Shown: positions 40,008-54,615, counted from the first letter of the stretch. The stretch: DNA of 64,000 nucleotides from Eledone cirrhosa (GCA_964016885.1 OZ024750.1:34534001-34598000); one strand, 5' to 3'. Numbers and translations are program-made. Notes: generated by a model not told the origin, from the letters alone.

Positions 40008-41519
40008 TCGTTAGTATTTACATTACTCTATATTTAGTATTTACATTACTCTATATTTACTATTTAGTACTTACATTACTCTATATTTACTATTTAGTAC
40101 TTACATTACTCTATATTTACTATTTAGTACTTACATAACTCTATATTTACTATTTAGTACTTACATTACTCTATATTTACTATTTAGTATTTACATTACT
40201 CTATATTTACTATTTAGTATTTACATTACTCTATATTTACTATTTAGTATTTACATAACTCTATATTTACTATTTAGTACTTACATTACTCTATATTTAC
40301 TATTTAGTACTTACATTACTCTATATTTACTATTTAGTACTTACATTACTCTATATTTACTATTTAGTATTTACATAACTCTATATTTACTATTTAGTAC
40401 TTACATTACTCTATATTTACTATTTAGTATTTACATAACTCTATATTTACTATTTAGTATTACATTACTCTATATTTACTATTTAGTACTTACATTACTC
40501 TATATTTACTATTTAGTATTTACATAACTCTATATTTACTATTTAGTACTTACATTACTCTATATTTACTATTTAGTATTTACATAACTCTATATTTACT
40601 ATTTAGTACTTACATTACTCTATATTTACTATTTAGTACTTACATTACTCTATATTTACTATTTAGTACTTACATTACTCTATATTTACTATTTAGTATT
40701 TACATAACTCTATATTTACTATTTAGTACTTACATTACTCTATATTTACTATTTAGTATTTACATAACTCTATATTTACTATTTAGTATTACATTACTCT
40801 ATATTTACTATTTAGTACTTACATTACACTATATTTACTATTTAGTATTTACATAACTCTATATTTACTATTTAGTACTTACATTACTCTATATTTACTA
40901 TTTAGTATTTACATTACTCTATATTTACTATTTAGTACTTACATTACTCTATATTTACTATTTAGTATTTACATTACTCTATATTTACTATTTAGTACTT
41001 ACATTACTCTATATTTACTATTTAGTATTACATTACTCTATATTTACTATTTAGTATTTACATTACTCTATATTTACTATTTAGTATTTACATTACTCTA
41101 TATTTACTATTTCGTATCTATATTTACTATTTAGTATTTACATTACTCTATATTTACTATTTAGTACTTACATTACTCTATATTTACTATTTAGTATTTA
41201 CATTACTCTATATTTACTATTTAGTATTTACATTACTCTATATTTACTATTTAGTATTTACATTACTCTATATTTACTATTTAGTATTTACATTACTCTA
41301 TATTTACTATTTAGTACTTACATTACTCTATATTTACTATTATATTTTCACTGTAAAGGTTTTACCTCACATAATATCGAATTCATGAGATTTTGATATT
41401 ATTTATTTTGAGAACACTACCTTAACATCAGTATGAGCAGCTGGTTACAGCCAGTTTAAACAGAGAGAGGTGAGAGAATTCTGGTCGGATATGGCCAGTT
41501 TAAATGCTGAAGGATTAAA
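40008..41519. mobile_element. Dispersed non-autonomous element with TTAA-type end hosting the 30-bp array
   Basis: 41345-41519 is homologous to 57187-57361; both end TTTAAATGCT(G/A)AAG(G/A)ATTAA. Confidence 0.6.
40011..41342. repeat. 30-bp minisatellite (TACATTACTCTATATTTACTATTTAGTAYT)n, about 44 copies
   Basis: Visible directly; a 3-unit relative lies at 57098-57190. Confidence 0.97.
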
Positions 41520-42265
41520 GAATGCCTCGACAGCATTAAATGTTTTATCGTTCAGTGCCACTCTGGTAACATACTAATGATGGGTGACTTCAACCTCTTC
41601 TGTGTTGATGATCTACAGTTTGAGACCAGGTATTGCCACTACAACCCCTAACAAAGCAACAGTAGAGTCACTTTTCCTGTCCCAAATATTTTGTTCTTAG
41701 TGTTTAGTAACTACACTAACACTAACTACAATATTACAGTGGAGAACCTCCCTTCTCAGACCATGACATTGTTCTCTATAACTTGAGATTCTACCAGCTA
41801 AAAGTTAAACCCAATGACATCTCTCCAACCCACCTATTTGATAACAATGGATCTTCATAATGTAAACTGGGATGCAATCACTCATGATCTTTCATATGTT
41901 GACTGATCTTTCACACATACACATACTTCCACTAACATTAAAATATCTTGGCAGATATTTGTAGACACTGTAACCAATATCTCTGCAAAGCAGACTCCAT
42001 CAAGTTCTGTGAACAGAACTAAGTGCAGACTCTGAAGGAAAAACCATTATTAGAAAAAGAAATTAACAAAATAATTCCACAAACTAAAAAATACTGCCTG
42101 CAGCAACACATCCATTCAATTGCTATTGCATTGCTCATGTAGAAATACCATAATATAATCTGTAAAACTATATTATGATCATTATCAATAACCAAAGGAA
42201 GGCTGAGGAAGACTGGGCCATTCACAAAATTAAATTCATCCCAAATTTTTGTTTACATTTACCAA

Positions 42266-43030
42266 AAAAACACAAGGTCACAGTCTCCACTGTTGACCCT
42301 CTGATGGGTTAAAATAACATTCTCTGTGATGATACTAAAACACAAGGTCACTGTCTCCACTGTTGACCCTCTGGTGGGTTAAAATAACATTCTCTGTGAT
42401 GATACTAAAACACAAGGTCACAGTCTCCACTGTTGACCCTCTGGTGGGTTAAAATAACATTCTCTGTGATGATACTAAAACACAAGGTCACTGTCTCCAC
42501 TGTTGACCCTCTGGTGGGTTAAAATAACATTCTCTATGATGATACTAAAACACTAGGTCACTGTCTCCTGTTGACCCTCTGATGGGTTAACATAACATTC
42601 TCTGTAATGATACTAAAACACTAGGTCACTGTCTCCTGTTGACCCTCTGATGGGTTAAAATAACATTCTCTGTAATGATACTAAAACACTGGGTCACGGT
42701 CTCCTGTTGACCCTCTGATGGGTTAAAATAACATTCTCTGTAATGATACTAAAACACTAGGTCACTGTCTCCTGTTGACCCTCTGATGGGTGAAATAACA
42801 TTCTCTGTAATGATACTAAAACGCTAGGTCACTGTCTCCTGTTGACCCTCTGATGGGTGAAATAACATTCTCTGGGATGATACTAAAACACAAGGTCACA
42901 TTCTCAACTGTTGACCCTCTGATGGGTTAAAATAACATTCTTTGTAATGATACTAAAACACTAGGTCACTGTCTCCACTGTTGACCCTCTGATGGGTTAA
43001 AATAAAATTCTCTGTGATGATACTAAAACC
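42266..43030. repeat. About 60-72-bp minisatellite inside the CR1 LINE
   Basis: GGTCACTGTCTCC(AC)TGTTGACCCTCTGATGGGTTAAAATAACATTCTCTGT(G/A)ATGATACTAAAACAC repeated about 11-12 times. Confidence 0.95.
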
Positions 43031-43055
43031 ATTGGTCAGATACTGCAGAAACAAT

Positions 43056-43240
43056 AATTGTTTCTACTTTTGGCACAAAGCCAGCAATTTCCCAGTGTAT
43101 TACTGGTACTTTATTTTATCGACCCCGTAAGGATGAAAGGCAAAGTTAACCTCGGCGGGATTTGAACTCAGAATGGCAAGGGCCGTAACTCTATGCGTCA
43201 AAGCATGGCGTCCGACCCTCTACCGATACTGCCAATTCAC
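43056..43240 (-). mobile_element. SINE group 1 with 13-bp TSD
   Basis: CAGAAACAATAAT at 43046-43058 and 43241-43253. Confidence 0.9.
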
Positions 43241-43930
43241 CAGAAACAATAATGCTCTGTTTTCAGCAATCTTGATATGGTTGATCTGGGCTTACTGTAT
43301 CAATGATGTTAACCCACAACATACTACATCTGATATAATGTTTGAGGTCCCTGATATCTTAGCTGCCATAAACAAAATAAAATACAACTCAGCAGTAGGC
43401 CCCAATAGGTTTCCTGTTAATGTCTTGAGGAAATGCAGATATCAACTTGTATCGCTTCTAGATGATTTCTGGAGGAACTTACTGGATACAGGCTATATAC
43501 TTCTATCCCAGTTTTTAACTAGTAAAACAAGTCCCTTGCAGTAAATTTACTCTCCAATCTTACTCACCTCTCACATAAGTAAGATATTTGAGAGAGTTGT
43601 GAGATCACAAAGAACTCACTTCTTTGAAAGCAACAATCACCTGAATTCCAACACAGCTTCTGCATCATTTTGTGGACATCCTAAAGGCTTTGGTAGAGGG
43701 CTCCAGCACTGATGTCATATACCTTGATTTCAGCAAAGCCTTTGACAGGATTAATCACAATATCCTGTTGAAGAAACTATCCAACATTGGTGTCTGTGGA
43801 AAGCTATTACTGGGTAAAGTGTTTCTTGATGAACAGAGGCCAGCATGTTGTAGTCAAAGGAATACAATCAAACTTAGCCAAATTTAGTAATAGCATCCCA
43901 CAAGGCTTTGTGTTTGGACCATTTCTCTTC

Positions 43931-44051
43931 GGTCTGAGTTCAAATCCCGTTGAGGTTAACTTTGCCTTTCATCCTTACCGGGCCAATAAAATAAAGTACC
44001 AGTAATGAACTGGGTAATTGCTGGCCTTGTGCCAAAAGTAGAAACAATTAT
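43931..44051 (+). mobile_element. SINE group 1 inserted in the CR1 RT between PFLF and IYIND
   Basis: RT reading resumes after the insert. Confidence 0.85.
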
Positions 44052-44901
44052 TTATATCAATGACATTGTAGATGTCATCAAGCACGGCAACATAAGAATC
44101 TTCACAGATGATTCCAAGCTCCAGAAATTCATCAACAGAGTGAGAAACTGGACATGCCTTCAATTGGATCTGCTTGATGTCATCCAATGAGTGAAAAAAC
44201 AATATGCTATTAAATGAGAATAAACCTGAGCAAATCTACTTAAGAAAAGAGGATGTATTTAAGTTACCATATTCTCTTCCTTCAGGTGAAGAACTTAAGG
44301 TGGAGTACCCACATTAAAAAAACAAAGCTAACATGAATCACAGGATGTAATCCTAGTTTTTTACAACTTTCTTGTCTACAGATATTCACTCCATTATCCT
44401 TCTCTTCTCTACTTTTACCTGACCTCCACCTTGAATACTATTGTCTGCTGTGGTCTCACCACAGTGGACAACAGTATTATGAAAATTTAAGCATCCTATG
44501 AGGTCTACAGAAAAGGTAAACAGCATGACAGGCCTTGACTATAGGGGGTTGACTAGAAAAATTCAAACTCTACTCTCTCCAATGTCACTGTGAGTGCTAC
44601 ATTATTTGCATGCAGTGAACAATATTCCATCAATATTGCCCAAATAGATCATGACAGGAACAGATCCCATACTATTCAAAAGTTCCCTGGACAAATTCCT
44701 CCAAGAAATCACTATTAAGCCCCTCACACACAAATATGTCTCCAAAAACAACAACGCTGTACTAGAATGGGCCATGGTATCCCAAACACGACTAGGTTCT
44801 GAACCTATGATTTGAAAGACTCAGCCAAGTGATAATGTTAAGTTAGACATGGGCTGTGCCAACACTGGCTGAAACTTATCAAAGTCATCAGAGTCATAAT
44901 A

Positions 44902-44939
<38 letters not shown>

Positions 44940-44976
44940 TCACCATCGTTTAACGTCCATTTTCAATGCTACCATG

Positions 44977-45028
<52 letters not shown>

Positions 45029-45091
45029 GCGAATTTCCGACCGTTAAGGTTGATTTCCATGGGTATGTCATTATTTATAAAACAAATTTTG

Positions 45092-45155
45092 TATTTTATC
45101 TGATGAAAGCGCACCAAAATGGCTTGGTCGCCCTTGAAATATATATAATAAAATA
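45092..45155 (+). ncRNA. Type I hammerhead ribozyme (family C)
   Basis: TATTTTAT-CTGATGA-AAGCGCACCAA/TTGGTCGCCCTT-GAA-ATATATAT-A-ATAAAATA. Confidence 0.8.
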
Positions 45156-45286
45156 AATATGGTTTTATAAATATAGATTCCATTTATTAATATCTTGGAA
45201 TATTTACTCCAGTAAACTGTTGAGTGCTCTATATCAGTTATAAACATTTATGTTTGTTGGAATTCCAACAAATTAAATATAACTTC

Positions 45287-45324
<38 letters not shown>

Positions 45325-45584
45325 GCAAAAGTTCTATTTAAATTGTTGGGATACAACAAGCAAATATTTTTATAACTGATATAAAGCACTCAACAAGTAT
45401 TTGGAGTAAACATACGATATTAACAAATGGAAACTATATTTATAAAACCATATAGAACAAACAACCAACCAACAATAAATAAATAAATAAATAAATAAAC
45501 AAATAGATAAATGAACACAAACACACACAGACACCCGGATGTGGCGCATGCGCAAACTGAGCACACAACACACACACAGAAACA

Positions 45585-45846
45585 AAATGGCGTAGGACAG
45601 AAGAAAGGAAAGGCACAGAAACAAAGAAAGGAATCCCCAGTCACTGAAGAGGTCACAGAGTGTGTGACGAAAGGACTATGACTATATATAAACAACTATC
45701 TGGTTGTGGAACCAACCAACCAACCAGAAATTTATAAGTTTGTAGATTTGTAAATTTATAAATTTATAAATATATAATAAATTGAAGTGAAAGCAACTGG
45801 TGCGTGTGTTTCTTATTGGCAACATGACCCTCCCAAAGTATAACAA
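45585..45846 (+). mobile_element. Family A element with hammerhead at 45639-45683
   Basis: AGTCA-CTGAAGA-G-GTCACA(gagtg)TGTGAC-GAA-AG(ga)CT-A-TGACT. Confidence 0.85.
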
Positions 45847-45852
45847 CATATT

Positions 45853-45917
45853 TATTTCATTATACATATTTCAAGGACACCAAGTTAAATTATGGTGTGC
45901 TTTCATCAGACAAAATA
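45853..45917 (-). ncRNA. Type I hammerhead (family C), left arm of a fold-back
   Basis: Minus strand: TATTTTGT-CTGATGA-AAGCACACCA/TGGTGTCCTT-GAA-ATATGTAT-A-ATGAAATA; partial mirror copy on + strand at 46031-46080. Confidence 0.8.
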
Positions 45918-45919
45918 TA

Positions 45920-45984
45920 ATGCAACCATTACTGTTGGAAGCTCCCGGGTACTACCCGGGAGCTTCCAACAGTAATGGTTGCAT
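45920..45984. repeat. Perfect hairpin with arms of about 31 bp
   Basis: ATGCAACCATTACTGTTGGAAGCTCCCGGGTA-C-TACCCGGGAGCTTCCAACAGTAATGGTTGCAT. Confidence 0.95.
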
Positions 45985-46372
45985 TTTTTAAGGGTATGTC
46001 AATATTTATTTATAAAACTGATCTATATTATATTTTGCCTGATGAAAGCACACCATAATTTAACTTGGTGTCCTTGAAATCTATATATTATATATATTTG
46101 TTTATATCAAAACATATATATATATATATATATATATTTATATCACATATACATATATATTTAAAAAAAAATTTATATATATATATATTCGTGTGTGTAC
46201 TCCTGAGTATTGGTATAATAATGAAGTAGAAGTCAGAGGTTTAAAATTAACCTTATTTTAATGATTTCATATCGTTGTTATACGCATTTTGATGGTAACA
46301 GTTACATAACAGTTGCAATCTCATAAGACAGCTATTACAAAAATGTATATTAAATATATTGATATATATATA

Positions 46373-46428
<56 letters not shown>

Positions 46429-46645
46429 CACGGTCACCCGACCAACCTTGCCTCAAGTGTGACAACTCCCGTCTAACCCATGCTAGCGTGGAAGATGGAC
46501 GTTATACGAAGATGATGATGATGATATATATATATATATATTTATATATGTGTGTCCCAGGTAGCTACAGTAAGTAAGGTACTTTCCTGATTATTTCCTT
46601 CGCATGAAACAGTTCTAATCTTCTAGAACTACACACATACACATG

Positions 46646-47091
46646 TCATCATCATCATCATCATCATCATTTTACGTTCGCTTTTCCCTGCTTGCAAAGG
46701 TGGGACGGGTCTTATTCAGCACAGCATCTCTCCACTCGTTACAGCCCCTCGTCATCTCCACCGTGAGCTTCAATGATCTGAGGTCTGTTCTCACCACCTC
46801 CGCCCATGTTTTTCGTGGTCTACCTCTACCACGTCTTCCTTCAACTGGCATTTCCTGGCACTTCTTCACCCATCGGTCATCCTCCATGCGCATCATATGT
46901 CCATACCACCTCAGTCTCCTCTCCCGTACACTACATTCTATCCCTCTCAGACACAGTTTCTCTCTCAACACATTTATGCTGGGTCGTTCACGCACATTTA
47001 CACTGCACATCCAACGGAGCATGCTTGCCTCATTTCTCTCCAGCCATCGCATATCCTCTGCGGTTGCTGCCCATGTCTCACTACCATGCAG
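46646..47091 (-). mobile_element. RTE LINE 3' fragment (same family as 11611-12985)
   Basis: ORF 46672-47052 near-identical. Confidence 0.93.
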
Positions 47092-47146
47092 TATAAATAT
47101 ATATATATAAATATGTATGTGTTTGTGCGTATATGCATGTATATAT

Positions 47147-47486
47147 CATCATCATCATTTCATATTACGTCCACTTTTCCCTGCTTGCAAGGGTGGGACG
47201 GGAACTGATTCTGGCTTGATTTCTACAGCTGGATGCCCTTCCTAACACCAACCTCATTTACAGTGAGTGCTGAGTGCTTTTTTGCCATGGCACCTACACA
47301 AACTCTTTGCAGTGGAATGATATGGACCCCAGTCCCTATCATCTCATTTCTACAGCTGAGTAAACTGGAGCAATGTGAAATAAAGTGTCTTGCTCAAGGA
47401 AACAACACATCCCCTGGTCTGAGAATTGAACTCACAACCTTTCGATTGCAAGGCCACTGCTCTAACCACTAAGCCATGTGCCTCCA
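47147..47486 (-). mobile_element. Full-length SINE group 2
   Basis: As 1077-1410. Confidence 0.85.
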
Positions 47487-47559
47487 TATATATATATATA
47501 TATAGATATATCATTCAAAATATTAATAAATGAAGACGTTCACATAATCAAAATATATG

Positions 47560-47621
47560 TTTTATTATATATATTTCGAAGGTACTGTGCTGTTTTTTCA
47601 GTACGTCCTCATCAGATAAAA
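47560..47621 (-). ncRNA. Type I hammerhead ribozyme (family C-related, different stem II)
   Basis: Minus strand: TTTTAT-CTGATGA-GGACGTACTG/CAGTACCTTC-GAA-ATATATAT-A-ATAAAA. Confidence 0.8.
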
Positions 47622-47682
47622 TACATGAATTGATGTATGACATACCTCAACTGTCTTGATGGTTCAATTCCAGTATTGGCAG

Positions 47683-47721
<39 letters not shown>

Positions 47722-48035
47722 GATACATACACACACACACACACATATATATATAAATATATATACACACATACACACACACAGAGATAGATATCAATAA
47801 ATATTTAACGTTGTAAGAATTTCATGTAATATGTAATATTTTTAGTTGATGTGAGCACTGATGAGATGGAAACAGAGAGGAGAGGGGGAGATGGAAACAA
47901 GGAAGAGGGGGAAACAGGGAGGAGAGGGGGAGATGGAAACAAGGAAGAGAGGGAAACAGGGAGGAGAGGGAAGAGAGGAGAATTACAATAGTTGCTATTG
48001 ATTGTCAAACTTGTTCACACATTCGCACATACACA

Positions 48036-48252
48036 CACTTATATCCATATCACACACACACATACATCCACTTACAGCCTCACACTTATATGCATATCAC
48101 ACACACACACACACACATCCACTTACAGCCTCACACTTATATGCATATCACACACACACACACATACATCCACTTACAGCCTCACACTTATATGCATATC
48201 ACACACACACACACACACACATACATCCACTTACAGCCTCACACTTATATCC
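48036..48252. repeat. About 55-60-bp CA-containing tandem repeat, 4 copies
   Basis: ACATCCACTTACAGCCTCACACTTATAT recurs. Confidence 0.9.
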
Positions 48253-48366
48253 AAATCACCCACAAATACATACTCACAGACATACACAAATATGCATATA
48301 TATCAACACACACACATATGCATATATCAACACAAACACAAACACTCACACACACATATATATATA

Positions 48367-48531
48367 TAGTGAAATTCCGTTATAACGAAAATTCACAGAG
48401 TATAAAAAAATTCGTTGTAATGTAACGAAAAATTCTTTATAATGAGATCGACTTAACACATCGAGCGTGTCGCCGGGATTGAAAAGAAAATTCGTTATAC
48501 TGAAAAAATCGTTATAACGGAAATTTACCTG
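48367..48531. mobile_element. MITE, second copy of 10255-10426
   Basis: Same TIRs and TA flanks. Confidence 0.85.
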
Positions 48532-48629
48532 TATATCAACACAGACACGCACACATATATGCATATATCAATATAATCACAGACACACACATATATATCA
48601 ACACACACACACACACAAACACAGATACA

Positions 48630-48960
48630 CATATAAATGCATATATATCAACACAAACAGATGCAAATGCATCTATATCAACACAGACACACATATAAAT
48701 GCATATATATCAACACAGACACATATAAATGCATATATATCAACACAGACACATATAAATGCATATATATCAACACAAACGCATATAAATGCATATATAT
48801 CAACACAAACACAGATATAAATGCATATATATCAACACAAACACATATAAATGCATATATATCAACATAAACACATATAAATGCATATATATCAACATAC
48901 ACACACATAAATGCATATATATCAACACACACACACACACACATAAATGCATATATATCA

Positions 48961-48991
<31 letters not shown>

Positions 48992-49015
48992 TAAATGCAT
49001 ATATATCAACATACA
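48630..49015. repeat. About 30-bp minisatellite (ATAAATGCATATATATCAACACA...)
   Basis: Visible directly. Confidence 0.9.
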
Positions 49016-49254
49016 CATATGTTTGCCACCAGTGATACACGGCAAGAGGCGTGGCTACAGTTCCCTCCCCTTTGTCCCTCTTTCTATCCTTCCAGTTTAT
49101 GCCATGTGCTACGTTGAAGCGCATTTAAAACATTTTATTATTTTATATAAGTAGTCGTTTTTCTTTTACACTATTATATATATTTATGTATTTATATTTA
49201 TATATTCCATGGAGGTCTTTCTTTTTGTATGAATCTCTCATGCGTGTGTGTGTA

Positions 49255-49306
<52 letters not shown>

Positions 49307-49431
49307 AAATATTTTATAAAAAAATATATATACATGCATATAGAATTTATATATATATATGCATATATATAAATATATGCATATATATACATGTATTTAT
49401 AAATAAATAAATAATATATATTTTATATGAA

Positions 49432-49469
<38 letters not shown>

Positions 49470-49507
49470 TTCATATAAAATATATATTATTTATTTATTT
49501 ATAAATG

Positions 49508-49544
<37 letters not shown>

Positions 49545-49666
49545 ACATACACATATAAATATTTATATATATAATTTAGGGAATTAAAGTTCTCATCAGA
49601 TAAAAAAAAAACTTGAATCCTGTTGAAAATTTGAATATTTAAAAGTGAAAAGTTTAAAGTTACCGT

Positions 49667-49735
<69 letters not shown>

Positions 49736-49870
49736 CATACACACACATATATATATATATACACACACACACACATATATATATATATACACACACATAT
49801 ATATATATATACATATATATATATACACACACACATATATATATATATACACACACACATATATATATAT

Positions 49871-49939
<69 letters not shown>

Positions 49940-50489
49940 TATATACATACATATATATGTGTGTGTGGGTGTGTATGTGTATATATTCTTGGTATGAAAT
50001 CCGTTAAACAATATTTTAATATGAGCGAGAGATTGAGATAATCTGAGAGAAACAGACGGAGAAAGAGAGAGTATGTATTTGACAGAGAGATTGTAAGAGA
50101 GAGAGGGTGTATGTATTTGACAGAGAGATTATAGGAGAGAGAGAGAGAGAGTATGTATTTGACAGAGAGATTGTAAGAGAGAGAGGGTGTATATGTATTT
50201 GACAGAAAGATTATAAGAGCGAGAGGGTGTATGTATTTGACAGAGAGAGGGAGAGACAGTGAGAGAGAGAGAGGGAGGGAGAGAGAGAGAGAGAGAGAGA
50301 GAGACAGTGGGAGAGTGGGTGTTGTATGTTGAATGTATTTAAATTAGTGTTAGTTTGACAACGTGTGAAAATGTCATGAATTGTTTTTATTGACTTCTGT
50401 CGTATCTTCTGTTCCTCTTTACACAATCTACTGCTTTTACTCTGTACCCTTACTTTCAGATGAATAGTTCTTACAGAATGAAAATATAG

Positions 50490-50551
<62 letters not shown>

Positions 50552-50571
50552 CTTACAGAATGAAAATATAG

Positions 50572-50623
<52 letters not shown>

Positions 50624-50679
50624 CTTACAGAATGAAAACAAACACATACACACACACATATTTATATATCATATATATA

Positions 50680-50754
<75 letters not shown>

Positions 50755-51077
50755 CATATATATCATATATATATATGTATATATCATATATATCATATAT
50801 ATATATATGTATATATTATATATATCATATATATATATATGTATATATCATATATATCATATATATATATGTATATATCATAGATATGTATATATCATAT
50901 ATATATGTATATATCATATATATATGTATATATCATATATATATATATATGTATATATCATATATATATTTATATATATATATATATATATATTTATATG
51001 ATTGAAAGCAAAATTTGTTTGCTTTTAAGAAACCACTGGTAAATGAAATAATTGCCTTATGTTGTTTATTACATAAC

Positions 51078-51206
<129 letters not shown>

Positions 51207-51745
51207 AATATATATATATCATATATATATATATATATATACACACACAATACTAAATGATTTTTTTTTTATTTCAATTTCTTCTTTCGTTTATTCGCCG
51301 TTGTATAAACATTACAAATTGTTCACAATTCTTTCAGAATGAAAATATAAACACACACGCACACACACACGCACACACACACGCACACACGCGCACACAC
51401 GCACACACACGCACGCACGAACACACACACAGATAATGAATCCTTCTTACTGAATGGAAATATATACATATAATAAATACAATTAATTATTGTCAAGAAT
51501 CTTTTTAAAGAACTAAGAGACCAACTATTTCTCGTTTAGCCGACATATGAAATGTTGTGATTACATTCAATATATTTAGCAGGTTATTTGTAGCTCTACA
51601 TTCTTAAATCAACTCTACATGCTCTCTTCCAATCAACTATATTTTGTTTCAAGTGCGGCAAGTGCGTTCTGTATAATTTACCGATTTAGCTGTTTAATAT
51701 TTTGGTGCGTTGTATTTGTGAGGTTCCTAGCAATAGTTAATTGTA

Positions 51746-51829
<84 letters not shown>

Positions 51830-51832
<3 letters not shown>

Positions 51833-52033
51833 CGAAGGAAATGTGGTAAGGAACCAGGTGGACCATAACGCACCAAAGTACTCAATACTTAGGGTAGTAG
51901 AGTGGGTAATAGGAACGAGTAGGACACCGACGGCTGAGCTCAAGCCGTTTCGACGGCTAATTCTGGACTAAATTTAGTCCAGAATTAGCCGTCGAAACGG
52001 CTTGAGCTCAGCCGTCGGGGTCCTACTCGTTCC

Positions 52034-52035
<2 letters not shown>
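51830..52035. mobile_element. Family B element ending in a near-perfect fold-back
   Basis: 51909-51971 is the reverse complement of 51972-52036, centred on CTAAA/TTTAG; another rearranged copy at 52339-52488. Confidence 0.88.
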
Positions 52036-52064
<29 letters not shown>

Positions 52065-52074
52065 GTGTATATAA

Positions 52075-52175
<101 letters not shown>

Positions 52176-52176
52176 A

Positions 52177-52222
<46 letters not shown>

Positions 52223-54322
52223 GTGTGTGTGTGTATATATATATATATATGTGTGTGTGTATATATATATATATATATAATGTGTGTTTATATATATATA
52301 TATATATATAATGTGTGTGTGTGTATATATATATATATGTGTGTGTGTGTATATATATAACGAAGGAGTTGTGGTAAGGAACCAGATTGACCATAACGCA
52401 CCGGAGTACTCAATACTTAGGGTATTTCTGTCCAGAAATAGCCGTCGAAACGGCTTGAGCTCCGCCGTCGGGGTCATACATTTTCCTATATATATATATA
52501 TATATACATATGTGTGTGTGTATACATATATATATATGCGAGTACCTTACTAATTGTTGTTACCCCGATTGAACCCGGGAATATCTCTCTTTTGTATATA
52601 TTTATAATTTTTTTTTTTTAAAGATTTATAAGATGTTTGTTTTTGGCCGATTTCAAAATAAAAATCAACTTTATAAATTCTAAACTGATTTTAAATGTCT
52701 TACACACACACACAACATCAACAACAACACACACACATGTGTGTGTGTGTGTTGTATATATGGTCGCAGTAAGTACAGTTGATTAATGTAAACTAGAATG
52801 ATGATGGTTATCTCTTCCTGCAAGTGTGCTGTGCTTTTGGAATGTGCTCTGATGAAAACTGAGAAGTTTAAATCGACATTCTACACTAAAACCTAGATTA
52901 CTCTTCTCTACTTAGATGTAGACTACAATCTCTCATAGCAAACTGAAATAAAATACATAATAAGTAAACATTTTCCTTTCAAATAAAGCTGTTCATTTTT
53001 TTTCGTTTTTTACTTTCCCTTTTTTTAATGCGCAGTATTCTAAAATCTTTTAAAAATCAATCTGATTATATATCTAAAAATAAAATGAATGGAATTGTTT
53101 ATGAGGTATTAATAAAATGATATATTTAATTATATTGAAAATCCTATCATTATTTCTTCGTCAAAATTACAGTTTAATGACCCTCACCTCCGAATATTTC
53201 TACATAATATTCTTGATAGGTTTTCGAGGGGTTTAATTGTGACTATTTTAAATTAAAATCTAAAATAAAGTTATTTTTTTTGTTTATTTATTTTAATTTT
53301 TTTCTTAATTTAATTTTAATTATTTTGTTTGTTACAATTTATAAGTTTTGAAATGACTTGACGTCCAGTAGAAAATTTTAAGACCTTATCTTAATTAATA
53401 TTATTTATTTACAATGGACATTAAATTAAAAGCATGTTGAAAAATAATTTCCCAGTTTATGTTTAGCAAATATTAAATCGAAAAAAAAAATAGACATTAA
53501 CGATTGAAATAAAAATAATGAAGAATAATAATGAAAGAATTAAGAAAATTAAATTTATTCTTTCAAAAAATGTTCAACATATTCGTAATCTGTATTATGG
53601 AAAATATATCGTTGCAAAATTTTATATTAGAAAAAAAAGCAACAAAACCTGCTTTATTAAGAAAGTTATGAAAAAATAAAATGGGACACTAAATCATAGT
53701 TTGGCTAGATTTTGATTTTATTATTTTACTATTATTTATATTTTGTTTGATTCTTATCAGGATAAGATATATTTAAAAAAAAAAGTTTGGTACATAAAAA
53801 ACATTTCCAATCGTAGCTTTTCTCCACTTTTATTTAATATATATAAAAAAAAGACTTCGTTTTCTCACTTTACATAATTTTCAACACGCACGTTGTCAAA
53901 TTGGGAGAAGGAGAATAAGCAACGAACACACATACACATAGAAATAATTTATAAACACAAACCACATAGTCACATAGCTATCATCAACATCGTTTGTATT
54001 TTAATATTCATGCTTTTAACGATTGAGAGACATACTTTAAGGGTTTAGTGCTAGGTATGCTGGTCCCTCCCTCTCTCTTTTTATCTTCTTCTTCATCATT
54101 GTGTCAAGCTGGCAGATGTTAATATGTAAGAAAGAATGCAACTAGCTACTGGTCAAATGTTTTTCTATAACAACTGACAAATAAAATCTACAATCATACA
54201 GACTTGTCGTCCTCGTTAGATATCACTGGGATTAGAAGACCCATTTTTTATTTTATTATTCTTATTATTATTATATATTGTGGCGTGTGATTGAAGGTGC
54301 GTGTCTTCTTCTTCAATTATTC

Positions 54323-54353
<31 letters not shown>

Positions 54354-54522
54354 CCCTCCCTCTCTCTCTCTCTTTATTTGTACCACCAGCTCTCTTCCTT
54401 TTCTGTCTCTCTATCTCTGCCCCCTCTCTCCATTTATATATATACTCTTCTCTCTATCCACCCATCTCTCTCTTCCCCTATATACATATATACATCTACT
54501 CCTCTCCATACCCCCCTCTCTC

Positions 54523-54571
<49 letters not shown>

Positions 54572-54615
54572 CTCTCTCTATCTCTCTCTCTCTATATATA
54601 TATATATACACACAC

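Larger units (their letters stand above)
41520..44885 (+). mobile_element. Decayed CR1-group LINE (APE and RT) interrupted by SINEs and a minisatellite
   Basis: ILMMGDFNL (about 41571), SDHDIV (about 41756), DVIYLDFSKAFDRINHNILLKKL, IPQGFVFGPFLF, IYINDIV...IFTDDSKL. Confidence 0.88.

Noticed and set aside
47850-47880. CTGATGAGATGGAAAC hammerhead-like words
   Set aside because: No stem II or stem I pairing; lies at the edge of a GA-rich repeat.
52841-52885. CTGATGA-AAACT(gaga)AGTTT-AAA possible hammerhead
   Set aside because: G12 is missing and stems I/III are out of register; at best a decayed relic. The same applies to motifs near 6818-6852, 20472, 22250, 30309, 39975 and 49570-49600.
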